Part shown: in pieces, positions 26,759-38,407 of the stretch | Position numbering within the stretch: position 1 is the first letter of the stretch | Layout of the letters: each line of letters opens with the position of its first letter | Source: Azolla caroliniana | Taxonomy: Eukaryota > Plantae > Polypodiophyta | Length of the DNA stretch: 64,000 bases | NCBI GenBank assembly: GCA_043228905.1 | Contig: JBHGNT010000006.1 | Span: 14,632,001-14,696,000, forward strand | Direction: 5' to 3' | Notes under the pieces: model-generated | What the model was told of the DNA's origin: nothing | What the model saw: only the letters and a program-made list of their open reading frames with translations | The model's database searches: none | Made by a program: the position numbers and the translations under genes

Positions 26759-27784
26759 AAAGCATCGGGGACTTCGGCACATACCGGAGGATGTGCGGGT
26801 TTGGAGGGGGCGAGTGTCGTAGTGTAATTCACACACTACGTGAAAAATTACATTTTTGATCTCTCCCGATAGGACATGGAGTACAAGGTGAGAACCGGAA
26901 GGAGGAACCAGTAAGGTCTGAAACCGGTAAGGAGACCCGGCAAGAGCCGGATGAAGAAGGCCGGTGGGAGTCGGTGAGAAGCGGACAAAGAGGACCGGTA
27001 AGGATAACCGGATGGAATCGGCAAGGGGACCCGGTAAGAACCGGCAAGAGCCGGATAAAGAAGGCTGGTGAGAGTCTCTCACCGGATGAAGAGACAAAAT
27101 TGTAAATAGAAGAAAATATAAAAAATATATATTACATGCATAGGGCAAGATTCGATCCTTGCACCTCCATGTTAATAATGTTAAGCCTTACCACTATACT
27201 AACATATTATGAATTTTAAAGTTATATTAAACTTTATCCCATGTAAATATTCTAGATATGCATGGTACAAAAAGTTATTCATGCATACTCACTCGAGTTA
27301 AAAGAGAAGATGGGATAGAAAGCTAATCATGCACATGTACTGTGCATGAAAACTAAAGTTAGGAAAAGCATGATGTTTGCATGTGATAAACTTAGACTCT
27401 TCCAACACTATATAAGGAAGAGAGAAAGATGTATAGTGGTTGTTGATTATTTATAAGGGTTGATTAATATAATATATTCGTGGGATTCACGAATTTGCTA
27501 ACTATTTTTGTCTCTTAATTTGAGTACTCACTAATACACTATACTCGTGGGATTCACGAATTTTTCATATCTTTCTTTCTTTCTTTTTTCCAAAACAATA
27601 TTCTTCATTAGTATAAATTCTTCATACATGAGAAAATGATTAGTCTGACAACATCGTAAAAGTTGTGGCCATGATAGGCCAATAAAAAACTCAAAGACTC
27701 AAAGTAGAAGACTACAAAGAACGGTGGACACACATACATGACTCTTCTTCCCATCTCATGTGATCAATGGCTAAGACCCAATGT

Positions 27785-28230
27785 TCATCCATCTTCTTCC
27801 ATTCTCGCATGTTGATCAGCATACAAATAAACGCTCATCACCATTGGTTCACAATATATTTGACCTTTATCTACCATGGTTGTATGACTACAAGCATTTC
27901 CAACCGGATTTGCTAAAACTCCATTTCTTCTCATCTGGCCATACCTTGCAAATGTGACAGAATTAGGAGAGAGATTCTCTTCTTTTGCATCCACTCAAAA
28001 GCATTAAGAGTATGCTCTTCAAGCTCCTAGTGCACATAACCTGTAAACAATGTATTCCATGTCAAGCACTTCCTTTTGCTCATGCCACATTTCACATCAT
28101 ATATACTAGTGCATTTCCAACAAGTTGGCTTTTTCAGAAAAGCTCTTTCCTCTCAGAATTGAAATGTATCTCCTCGCCCTTGTTTGTGGATCTAATGCAC
28201 CCACAAGCTTTCAAAATGCTTGCAGAAAAC
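27785..28230 (-). pseudogene. degenerate PLS-class PPR gene fragment inside the LINE
   Basis: Manual translation: SILKACGCIRSTNKGEEIH...LVGNALVYM..KCG...WNTLFTGYV...AFEWMQ...SPNSVTF...ACSHTTMVDKGQIY. Confidence 0.8.
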
Positions 28231-28264
28231 TATGATAATTCAACATCTGTTGGAGTACCCATCA

Positions 28265-28540
<276 letters not shown>

Positions 28541-28659
28541 TCACTGCAAGAACATTCTCATGATTCATGTGGGCAAGAATCGTAATTTCCTCAAGCATAT
28601 GAAAAGACTAGTTCTCTACTAAAATCCACTCTCCTCAAACCCTCACTAAACTTTACTTC

Positions 28660-29370
28660 TACCTCCGCCACCATCTTCACTCATCGTTATATAAACTATA
28701 AACAAAAATGTGCTTCAAATATTTCCACATCAGCCATCTCTCCATTTTCCTTGAAATTCCTGCATAGACAACCAAGAAAAAATTAGTTGTCCCAATCCAC
28801 TCATGACGTTGACAACATTCTTGCTCATCCTTTCAAAAAAATAAACAGTTTCCTTATCCACAACATCCATCTTGGCAATCACTGCTCGTTTTCAACAATT
28901 TCCTATACCTACTCATAATATTCTGCTTCACCCCCCACACCGTCTTCGCTCATCCTTATCCCTCAAAAAATTCTTCTTACGTCCACATCAACCATCTCGC
29001 CGATTACCGCCAAATTCCAACTCATGATAATTGTTTCATCAACCCCCACACCATCTACACTCATCCTTATCGCTCAGAAGAAATTGCTTCTTACATCCAC
29101 AACAACCATCTCGCCTTCTCGCTAATCGACACAAAATTTTGGCTTGCCATGTCCTTGATTTCCTTCCATCAAGCATCCTGCCATATAGACCACAAAAAAA
29201 TTAATGTAAAAAAACCCTCACCAACTCATGATAATATGCTTCTTCAACCCCCACACCATCTACACTCCTCCTTATCACTCATAAGAAAATTGCTTCTTAC
29301 ATCCACAACAACCATCTTGCCTTATCACTAATCGGCACCCAATTTTGGCTTGCCATGTCCTTGATTTTCA
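28660..29370. repeat. degenerate tandem repeats in the LINE 3' region
   Basis: CCCCACACCATCTACACTCATCCTTATC-like unit near 28665, 28932, 29043 and 29248. Confidence 0.65.
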
Positions 29371-29418
29371 CCAACATCAATTATCTTGACAAAAAGATCA
29401 ACGGTCATCTATATTATA

Positions 29419-30091
29419 TCATGTTATTTCTACTAAAGATGGTGCCGGTGGCGGGAATAACCACCGAGGCAGTACATAGTTCCACTTGACATCTACGGCT
29501 TCATTCAACATAATAGGTATAGACGACCAAACTTCACGAATTCTCATTCTTTTCTTATTAGTTGTGTGTCCAGAACCCTTATAACTATCATATTTACCTT
29601 TAACTGTATGTACCAATAAGTTCCAAAAGGACTTAACCTGATCCACAATGTGAGTGTTTTCATCATTGTATAGCTTGGAGCACCTAGCTTTCCAAAGAAT
29701 CCATAAAGCCAAAGAGGAGACAATTTGCCAGACGTGACTCCGGGAGAAAAACTTGATTCCCTGCAATGAGGTTGAAGTATAGTTTACCTGCAAACTTGTG
29801 ACACGTAATGACAAAGAAGAGTAATGCTGATGATAGAAAGTCATTTGATGATCTAACCTTCCCCATAAGACTGCACCCCACGTAAAAATCCCTAACCTAT
29901 ACTTACGACCTAGTAGCCTAAGAATTCTAAACCAAAACTTTTTTGCGACAACACATTCCCAAAATACATGATGCAATGACTCACTTGCATAACCATACAT
30001 AACACACTAGCGATCAGTTACAGATCCCCTCATCAAATCACCTACTGGCAATGCATAATGAATCATCAACCAACAAAAGTGTAATATCTTG
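29419..30091 (-). pseudogene. LINE ORF2 C-terminus (zf-RVT-like region)
   Basis: FCWLMIHYALPV...ESLHHVFWECVVAKKFW...LWILWKARC. Confidence 0.85.
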
Positions 30092-30219
30092 TTCATATCT
30101 TTCTTTCTTACAATATATTTCATATTCTTAATTGCATTAGAATTTTCTTTTCTCCTAGTCCAAAACCTCAGTGGTTCCCACCCGATTCACGCAATGATCC
30201 GGAACCGAAAGGCACGACA

Positions 30220-30453
30220 ACGTTATGGGCGTATTGAACTAGCTATAAGACCAGTATACAATCCACGCCTTTCAGGCTAGCAATTGGGCTAGAGGCCATG
30301 ATGCCCGTCAAATTCCAGGTACCCAATTTGCGGATTCAAGTATGAGCCCAGCTGCCAGAGGGAAAATCCAAACAAATACGGCTACAATAACTGCTAAAAC
30401 TAGGCGAAACAAGGTTACGCAGTATGGCCATATTGGAGCAGGAACATCGGCGG
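30220..30453 (+). pseudogene. G1 integrase fragment
   Basis: ALWAY*TSYKT...EAMMPVKFQVP; continues from 20881 and into 43703. Confidence 0.8.
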
Positions 30454-31483
30454 TGTCGTGGCATGGCTCGCCTAGAAGCGTACCGTTGCGTAGACAAAAG
30501 ATATCGTGAAAGTGAGGAAGGAATCACTGGGATTATGAACGGAAGAGCCGAAAGAGTAGAGATAAAGTAAATAGAGATCAACAAGATATGACAAGATGGG
30601 ATATAGAATGATATTTGAAGGAATGAAAGAAACTTATAATTATTTTATGAATGAGTTACAAAATGATTGCGAGCATCGTTGATCCTTGGAGCTTTGTCTC
30701 ACAATGTAATCACTCTTCTCTTTCTTGATGGTAGACCATAGTCTTCCCTTCAATCTCTCAACAAGTATAAGACTCAAACCGCCACCCCTCCGTTGCGAGT
30801 TGAGGACCACCACCACCAAGCTAGTTCTTCTTTTCTCTTTTAAGAATACCTCTCTCTCTCTCTCTCTCTCTCTATTATAATATCTCTTTCTCTAGATCCA
30901 ATATAATCATTTCCATCTTATTTCTTCCTTCCTTTGTCTATACTTCCTTCTCCTTTTATAGGGAAGAGATGGTTCTACATGTGGGCCATGTGGCGCACAT
31001 GTAGAGAGGCTCTTGCATGTGTGCCATATGGTGCACATGTAGCACGTTTGATGGTTTAAACCATATAATACTACTTAAAACGAAAACAAAACATATATTT
31101 ATATACATTATAAGTATAGGCCAAATGGTAAGGTGTGAATGCCATAAGGTTGAGGTTGTTGGTTCAAGTCCTCTTTTGCCCATGTAATTTTGTGCATGTA
31201 TTATATTACATGGTTTAGTCTATAAAATCTACTTCAAATCATATATTATTTTGTAAATTATTAGTACAGGCTAAATGGTAACCTTTGAGTGTCATAAGGT
31301 AGGGTTTATTAGTTCAAGTCCTCTCTTGCCCATGTAATATAATAGATATATTTTTTTTTGTCTCTACATATAATGTATAACATTATCATAGTATGTTATT
31401 AACATTATAGAGGTTTATTTTATTTTCATTACGTATTTATCTTATTGTAGACTTTTAATGTGAAGCTTTCGTACTTCACGACA
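30454..31483 (-). repeat. gypsy F 3' LTR
   Basis: Direct repeat of 42659-43702; adjacent to the PPT. Confidence 0.93.
31110..31336 (+). promoter_or_regulatory. two tandem tRNA-like A/B-box modules in the F LTR (also 43331-43557 +, and 2501-2744 -)
   Basis: TAGGCCAAATGG (31117-31128), then 32 nt, then GGTTCAAGTCC (31161-31171); duplicated at 31263-31336. Confidence 0.6.
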
Positions 31484-31523
31484 TCCACCCCCTCTAGACC
31501 TGCACATCCTCCAGCATGTGCCA

Positions 31524-32973
31524 CTATCTTTCATCTTCATGTTGATCTATTGGAGGAGGTTCAAGCTCAAACCTTTTCTTAAATACTTTTATCCTCTTTC
31601 CAACTGCCACGTTTAGGATTAGTGTCCCATCCAATCCACTAAGCTTATAAGTAAAGTTATCATATACTTTTCTTACTATGTAAGGCCCAAACCATCTTTC
31701 AGCGAACTTGCGGACGGTGCTATGTTGATTATCTAAACTACTATCATGCACAAGCACCCAATCCCCTTCTTCTATCTTCTTATGTCGAATTCTGTGAGTT
31801 TTATCAAAACGAATTTTATTCTTCAATCGAGCCTCCTTCAATCGTTGGGTTGCTAATTCGACATCTTCAGGCCGACACTCTAATTTTATTGAATTCGCAA
31901 AGCCAACAATTCTTCTCTGCTTAGCTCTTCTTTCCATGGAATAGATGTCCATGACATAATTGATCCTTCTATTGGCATGATGGGCTTTTGGCCAAGTATC
32001 AATTCAGCTGGCATATATCCTGTTACTGAGCTATGTGTTGTTCGATCTGCCCATAGTGCATAAGGTAGCATGCGTGGCCAATCTCTTATTTTACCTTCAC
32101 AACTTTTCACGATCGCCTTAACTATTGGGCTTTGTCCTCTTTCAATCTTTCCATTGGCTTCTGGATTATATGGAGTTGTAAGCGATAATTTGACCCCTAT
32201 CCAGCTAAAGAATTCTCTAGCTTCATCAGAGTCAAGTTCTCCTCTATCTGCAATTATTTTACCAACACACCCATAACGACATATTACATCTTCTAACAAA
32301 AATTTACATACAACTCTAGTTGTTTTTTGTCGTAGTGGTCTTCCTTCTACTTGGTTTGTATGGTCTTCTCTTGCTAGTACTAAATATCGCATTTGACCTT
32401 GCCCAAGTGGCATTGTCACTAGATCAACCATCCATTTATAATGCATTGATGATGAATACGTTGGTTTTAGCTCATCTCGATATCGAATAGTTGAATACCT
32501 TTGACAGATTTCACAAGTTTCCATAAATTTCATTACATCTTTATACATATGTGGCCACCAATACTTTTCTTTCAACTTCATAAATGTCGCCCATATGCCT
32601 CTATGTCCTACCCACAAACTATCATGGAATTCAGTAATTAACTTTCTCTTAATATCATCCTTACAAATGACTCGAAGAGGATTTTCAGTTGGCCTTTTTG
32701 GGCACCTCCATAAATGCCCTTCATGTAAAAAAAACTTGAATACCCTTCGTCGAAATTCATTTAATTGTTTCTTTGACCATGATGGGTTGGCTTCTTGAGT
32801 CTTTAAAAAGTTTCCTATTTCTAACCATTGACCTTCATATTCGGTGTCTTTGAACATTATGCTTACATTAAACTTGTCATGAGGCTTACTAGATATTTGA
32901 TGAGCAACTCGATGGCTTGTAGTTTCCCAATTCTTATCTTCAGTTTGCATCACCTTTTCATTTATGAACCTTG
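31524..32973 (-). pseudogene. gypsy F integrase
   Basis: HHCC, YKWMVDLV, IADRGEL, NGKIERG, WFGPY. Confidence 0.9.
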
Positions 32974-33447
32974 TGTTGGAGACAATGTCGTCTGTGCGGA
33001 AGATCAAGAAGCATTCGACTACTGTTAAGTACCTGCGTATGACAGTTTGTAGGTCGTTGCACAGAGAGAGAGAGAGAGAGAGACACAAAAGACTACTTAT
33101 TCCATAAAGCAATAATACAACATCCAACCTTACAAAAAGGTTACAAGGTCACTATATATAGTGACCGACTTAGGGCAACTGCCCTTTATGCTAATTACAT
33201 AAATGGCCAAAACGGGATAGTATGAATACGTCCATTATACACATGTATTCGACACTCCCCCGTAATGGGCGTATACATGGGTTATCTAAGATTACAGGTA
33301 TAGACTTAGGTTCTCGGACATATCAGCTTTGTTCGAGTCGGCAGGGTCCGAAGGCAGAAGACCGAACTGGTCGGGTCGGAATAGTTGAAGCCGATCATTA
33401 AGAAACTGATGTCGGTTGTCGGGAACCATCCTGCTCTGTGTCCGGCT

Positions 33448-36400
33448 CTAACCGGACTGGTTTGTCGTTACGCCCATCTGATGCCGAAGAGACCGAAAGC
33501 GGTCTGCCGAAAGACACTTGGTCATTCCATTTGCGACATTGTCGGTTGTGGATATTTTCTCTAGACCGATTTTCCCTGAAATGACGCAGTCCCGAACGAA
33601 GTGATATCGAACGTCGATATGTTTGGAGGCGTTGTGGTGAACCGGATTTTTCGACAAGGCAACAGCACCTTGACTGTCGCTGTAGACAACTGGAGCCGAG
33701 TCATGGTCGACTTGTCGAAACGTGTGCGCCAGCCGACCGAGCCACAAAGCTTCTTTTGCTGCGTCGGACGCAACTACATATTCTGCTTCGGTCGTTGAGG
33801 TCGCTGTGCACTCCTGAAGTTTCGACTTCCACGAGATTGCTCCATTGCCGAATTTGAAGCAGTATCCGGTTGTTGATTTCCGACTGTCTATACAGCCGGC
33901 GAAGTCCGAGTCGGTGTAACCGACTACGCCTGAGGTTCGGTTCGGACCGAAAAGAATGCCGTGGTCTTTTGTGCCAGCCAGATATCTGAACACATGCTTG
34001 ACTGCGTTCCAATGCGATCGGCCAGGATTGTGCATAAATCTGCTAACGACTCCTACGGCGTGAGAAATATCAGGCCGTGTCGCGACCATCAGGTACATAA
34101 GGGAGCCGACTGCCGGTGCATACGGTACCGACTTCATATCTTCCCCCTCCGAACCGGATGTCGGGCAGTCTCGCTGAGAGAGCCGAAGATTCATGGGGAG
34201 CGGGGTTGAAGCAGATTTGGCTGATTGCATGTTGAAGCGTTCCAAGACACGTCCGATATAGTCAGTTTGAGACAAAAAAAGATGTCGTTTATCGCGATGC
34301 CGACTAATCTTCATGCCGAGTATGTGTCGTGCCGGACCGAGGTCCTTCATAGCAAACTTCAACCGCAGTTGCCGAATGAGATCGGCAAGGTCGCCCGCGT
34401 GGCGTCCAGAAATTAGCATGTCGTCCACGTAAATGATGAGGAAGATGGGTGATCCATCTTGAGCTGTGTTGGTGAAGAGACAATGGTCCTCATCGCTTTT
34501 TGAGAAGCCGATCGATTGGATGAAGTCGTCGAACTTCTTGTACCATTGTCGCGGTGCCTGTTTGAGGCCGTATAGACTCTTCCTGAGTCGGCAGACTAGA
34601 TGTTCTTGGCCAGGTGCTACGAAGCCTTTTGGCTGCTCCATATAAATTTCCTCTTCAAGATCACCATGGAGGAAGGCTGTTTTGACATCTAGCTAAATCA
34701 GCTCCAAGTTGTCGGCTGCCACTACGCCGAGTAGGAAACGAAGGGTTGTCATTTTCACCACTGGTGAAAAAATCTCGTCGAAGTCGACGCCATATTCTTG
34801 TCGGAAGCCCTTCGCAACTAATCTGGCCTTGTACTTTGGGGTGGTCGAATCAGACGTCTCTTTTAGTCGATAAACCCACTTGCAAGGAAGAGCACGTCGA
34901 TTCTTAGGTAATTCGACCAGATCCCAAGTCTTGTTTGCCCGAATGGAGTGCATTTCCGACTCCATCGCCAGATGCCAGGTGGCTGAATCGACAGATGTCG
35001 ATGCTTCTTCGTAAGACGTCGGTTCGCCGGCGTCGGTGAAGAAAATTCCAGGAGAATACCTCTCCGGAGGTTGCGACAGTCTCTCGGATCGTCGAGGTAT
35101 GAGTGGACTGGTCGCATCGGGTATCGTGGTCGGATGGTCCGAAAGCGGATTGTTCTGTTGTGCCGAGTCGGAGTTGTCCGAGTCGGTAGTGTAAGGTTCA
35201 GCTACCCGTGAAGCTGACCGTGTGTTGAGAGCAGGGCCTTCTTGAAGGGTCGGCACATCGGAAAATGTTACCCTTCGGACTTCGATCGGTTTTTCGACTG
35301 ATGGATTCATAGCCGACTCGTTGAACACAACGTCCGAACTTCGAACGATTTGTCTGCGTTCGGGGTCCCAGAGTCGGTATCCCATTTCGCCGTCGGATCC
35401 ATATCCAAGGAAAATGCATTTCCTGGACCGAGGTGCAAGTTTTCGGCAATCATCTTTCGGAATAAGGGCGTACGCCTCGCATCCGAAGATCCTCAGCTTG
35501 TCGTAATTCGGCTTACTGCCGATCCATAGTTCCTGAGGAATTTGAAGTCCTAGAGGTCTACTTGGCGACATATTGATTATGTGTACTGCCGTGAGTAGAG
35601 CCTCTGCCCAGAAGCCATCCGACAGTCCGGAGTGTTGGAGCATGGAAACTATCCTTTCTTGGATTGTCCGATTCATTCGTTCTGCAATCCCGTTTTGCTC
35701 CGGGCTGTGTGGTGCCGTAAATTCACGTCGGATGCCGCGTTGTCGGCAGAATTTGACGAATTCTTCGGATTTGAACTCTCCCCCATTGTCTGTCCGAAAG
35801 CATTTCAGTTTTCGGTCGGTTTGATTTTCTACCATAGCGAGCCAATCTGAGAAGATCGAGAAGACCCGATCTTTGGTGCGAATCGGATAAGCCCACACCT
35901 TTCGAGTCGAATCGTCAATAAAAGTGACGAAGTAAGAGGCACCGCCTAGAGACTGATGCGGCATTGGGCCACAGACGTCCGAATGGACTAAATCGAGAGG
36001 TCTCGTTTCTCTTGGTGCTGATGTCGGGTGTGATGCGGCTGCTTGTTTGCCATACTGGCAATGCTCGCAGAATTGATGGTCGGAAAAGGAGAGTTTGGGG
36101 ATGTATCCGGCTCTAGATAGATGCGTGATGCCGGCCTTGCTGAGGTGTCCTAATCTTCTGTGCCATAGTGATGACACAGGAATATCCACCAAAAACAGGT
36201 TACCCTCTCTGAGCGTAACATGTAACGGATACAGTGAGTGTATCTTGGGTCCTCTAGCAAGCAGGAGGTTCCCCCTGTGGAGTGTCCACCCTCCCGAAGA
36301 AAAGCCGGCACGAATGCCATCTTCATCTAGTTGTCCGACTGAGATCAATGGCCTTGAGAGCTCGGGTACATGTCGGACATTGTGAAGTACAAGTGTAGAG

Positions 36401-37461
36401 CCACCTGCAAGGTTGAGCTCTACTGTGCCGATTCCGATGATGTCACAGTGTTGTGAGTTGCCGACTCGAACTGAGTCGGAGTGACGGATCGTATATTGCC
36501 GAAATTGGGATCGATGAGGAGTCACGTGAAATGACGCGCCCGAATCTAAGAGCCATGTGCTCGATTCTTCAGTCGTGAGTAGAACTTCTGATCCGACTGG
36601 ATTTTCGATTGATAGTATATTCGGGTCGTCCGGTAGTACATCAGCTGAGAAGCTGACGTAATTGATCTCCTCATGCCGGCCACTCTTCTTGTTGTTCTTG
36701 TTCTTGAGTGCGCGGCAGTCGGCTTTGATGTGTCCGGGTTTCTTGCAATAGTTGCAGATTCGGTTATCCCGTGACTGGCTCCGTCTTCGCTGATTGTTCG
36801 GCGGCCGTGAGGAATCTCTTCCTCGTATGTTCGATCGGTCTGTCGAACCTTGTACTACATAAGCGTCGTCTGTTGAGTCTTTGGCGAAAGACTTTCTCCG
36901 AGCTGCTTCGGTCAGGATTGCGCTCGTGACTTCGGAGTACTTAACAGCCGTGGTTGACGCGTTGCACACGGTTGTGACGAAAGTTTCCCATGATGAGGGA
37001 AGGCTACTCATGAGTATCATTGCTCTGAGTTCATCCTCGATTGCCGTCCCCTGTGACGAGATTTGGGAGCTTATGCTTTCGTACTCATTGAGGTGTGCTT
37101 GAACCGAATCGGATTCTTTCATCCGCAAGTTGTAGAGGCGCCGGATCAGAAACATCTTCGTTGCGGCGACCTTCTTTTCGTAAGTGTCCGACAGTGTTTT
37201 CCACAGTTCGAATGCTGTCGTACACGATTGCACCGTAAAGTATACCGATTCCGATAGGTGCATCCGAATCGTGGCGCGGACGATTCTGTCCAGCTTCTGC
37301 CACGCAATTGGTTTGTATCCTTCTGGAGGTTCTTCATTTTCGATGGGATCGATTTGCCCCTTGACTATGAGATAGTCCTGCATTTGCTCCTTCCAGAAGT
37401 TGAAGTTCGATCCATCGAACTTTCGTAGACTCATTTCTGACGAGCCGGATGTTGATGCCAT
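33448..37461 (-). pseudogene. copia C gag-pol, single frame with one nonsense codon (34693-34695)
   Basis: 922-aa and 397-aa ORFs in the same frame; CNYCKKPGHIKADC, WLLDSGAS, HSDVCGP, IYVDD. Confidence 0.95.
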
Positions 37462-38112
37462 CGAATTCGGTTTCGGTTGACGAAGCTCGGTTCGGAGTCG
37501 ACTACGAACCTTGTTGGAGTGCAGCCGGTTGGCTCACCCGATATCGTTCTAGTCGGATTTGAACCCGAGTAGGTTCGGCTTCGGAACTTGCTCGAATTGA
37601 CTTCGGTAGCTTGAGGGACAGAACCGACTGGTCTTCCCGAATGTTACCGAGTCGGAGTGAGTCCGGTTCGCTTCGGATATATATGCCGAATACCGATTAT
37701 TAAAACCGATTATCTGGACCGATTCTGCTTCGGGTGGCTGCAGCGACGAGAGAGATGGATCCAACTGATCCTCTCGAATGTCGATCAGCCGGATGAAGCA
37801 CGAATTGGGGTTGTTGTCTTGAGACCGATCTGCACCGAATGGTTACAACGAGCGGCGATTGATGACCTCTTCGGATGCCGTTTAACCGAATGGAGCACGA
37901 TCGTGTCAATGTTGCACAAGGGGATTTCACCTCGAGCGGTTACGATCACGGAGGACAGAGTACAACCTGCTAGCTTACTCCAAGCAAAGATGATCTAACG
38001 CAATGAGATGCAAACCTGGTTTTTCTTCTTCTTCTCTCTTCTTCGAGTGACGCAGGAAACTGAATGCTGAGACGACGGCCGACAGCGGATTGAAGGACCG
38101 ACTACTGTGCAG

Positions 38113-38124
38113 GCTCTGATACCA
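38113..38124 (-). promoter_or_regulatory. tRNA-Met(i) PBS of copia C
   Basis: TGGTATCAGAGC 2 nt from the LTR. Confidence 0.92.
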
Positions 38125-38407
38125 GATGTTGGAGACAATGTCGTCTGTGCGGAAGATCAAGAAGCATTCGACTACTATTAAGTACCTGCGTATGACAGTT
38201 TGTAGGTCGTTGCACAGAGAGAGAGAGAGAGACACACACAAAAGACTACTTATTCCATAAAGCAATAATACAACATCCAACCTTACAAAAAGGTTACAAG
38301 GTCACTATATATAGTGACCGACTTAGGGCAACTGCCCTTTATGCTAATTACATAAATGGCCAAAACGGGATAGTATGAATACGTCCATTATACACATGTA
38401 TTCGACA

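Larger units (their letters stand above)
32974..38407 (-). mobile_element. young full-length Ty1/copia C
   Basis: 281-bp LTRs 32974-33254 and 38127-38407, almost identical; TSD CCTTG; PBS TGGTATCAGAGC; PPT. Confidence 0.97.

Noticed and set aside
31886-33127. 413-aa ORF with a hydrophobic N-terminus fused to integrase
   Set aside because: Junction artefact: it starts in the copia C LTR (the (CT)n tract gives LSLSLS) and reads into F integrase.
34693-34695. Possible programmed readthrough in copia C
   Set aside because: Falls in the conserved RT QLDVK motif and sister copy B has CAG.
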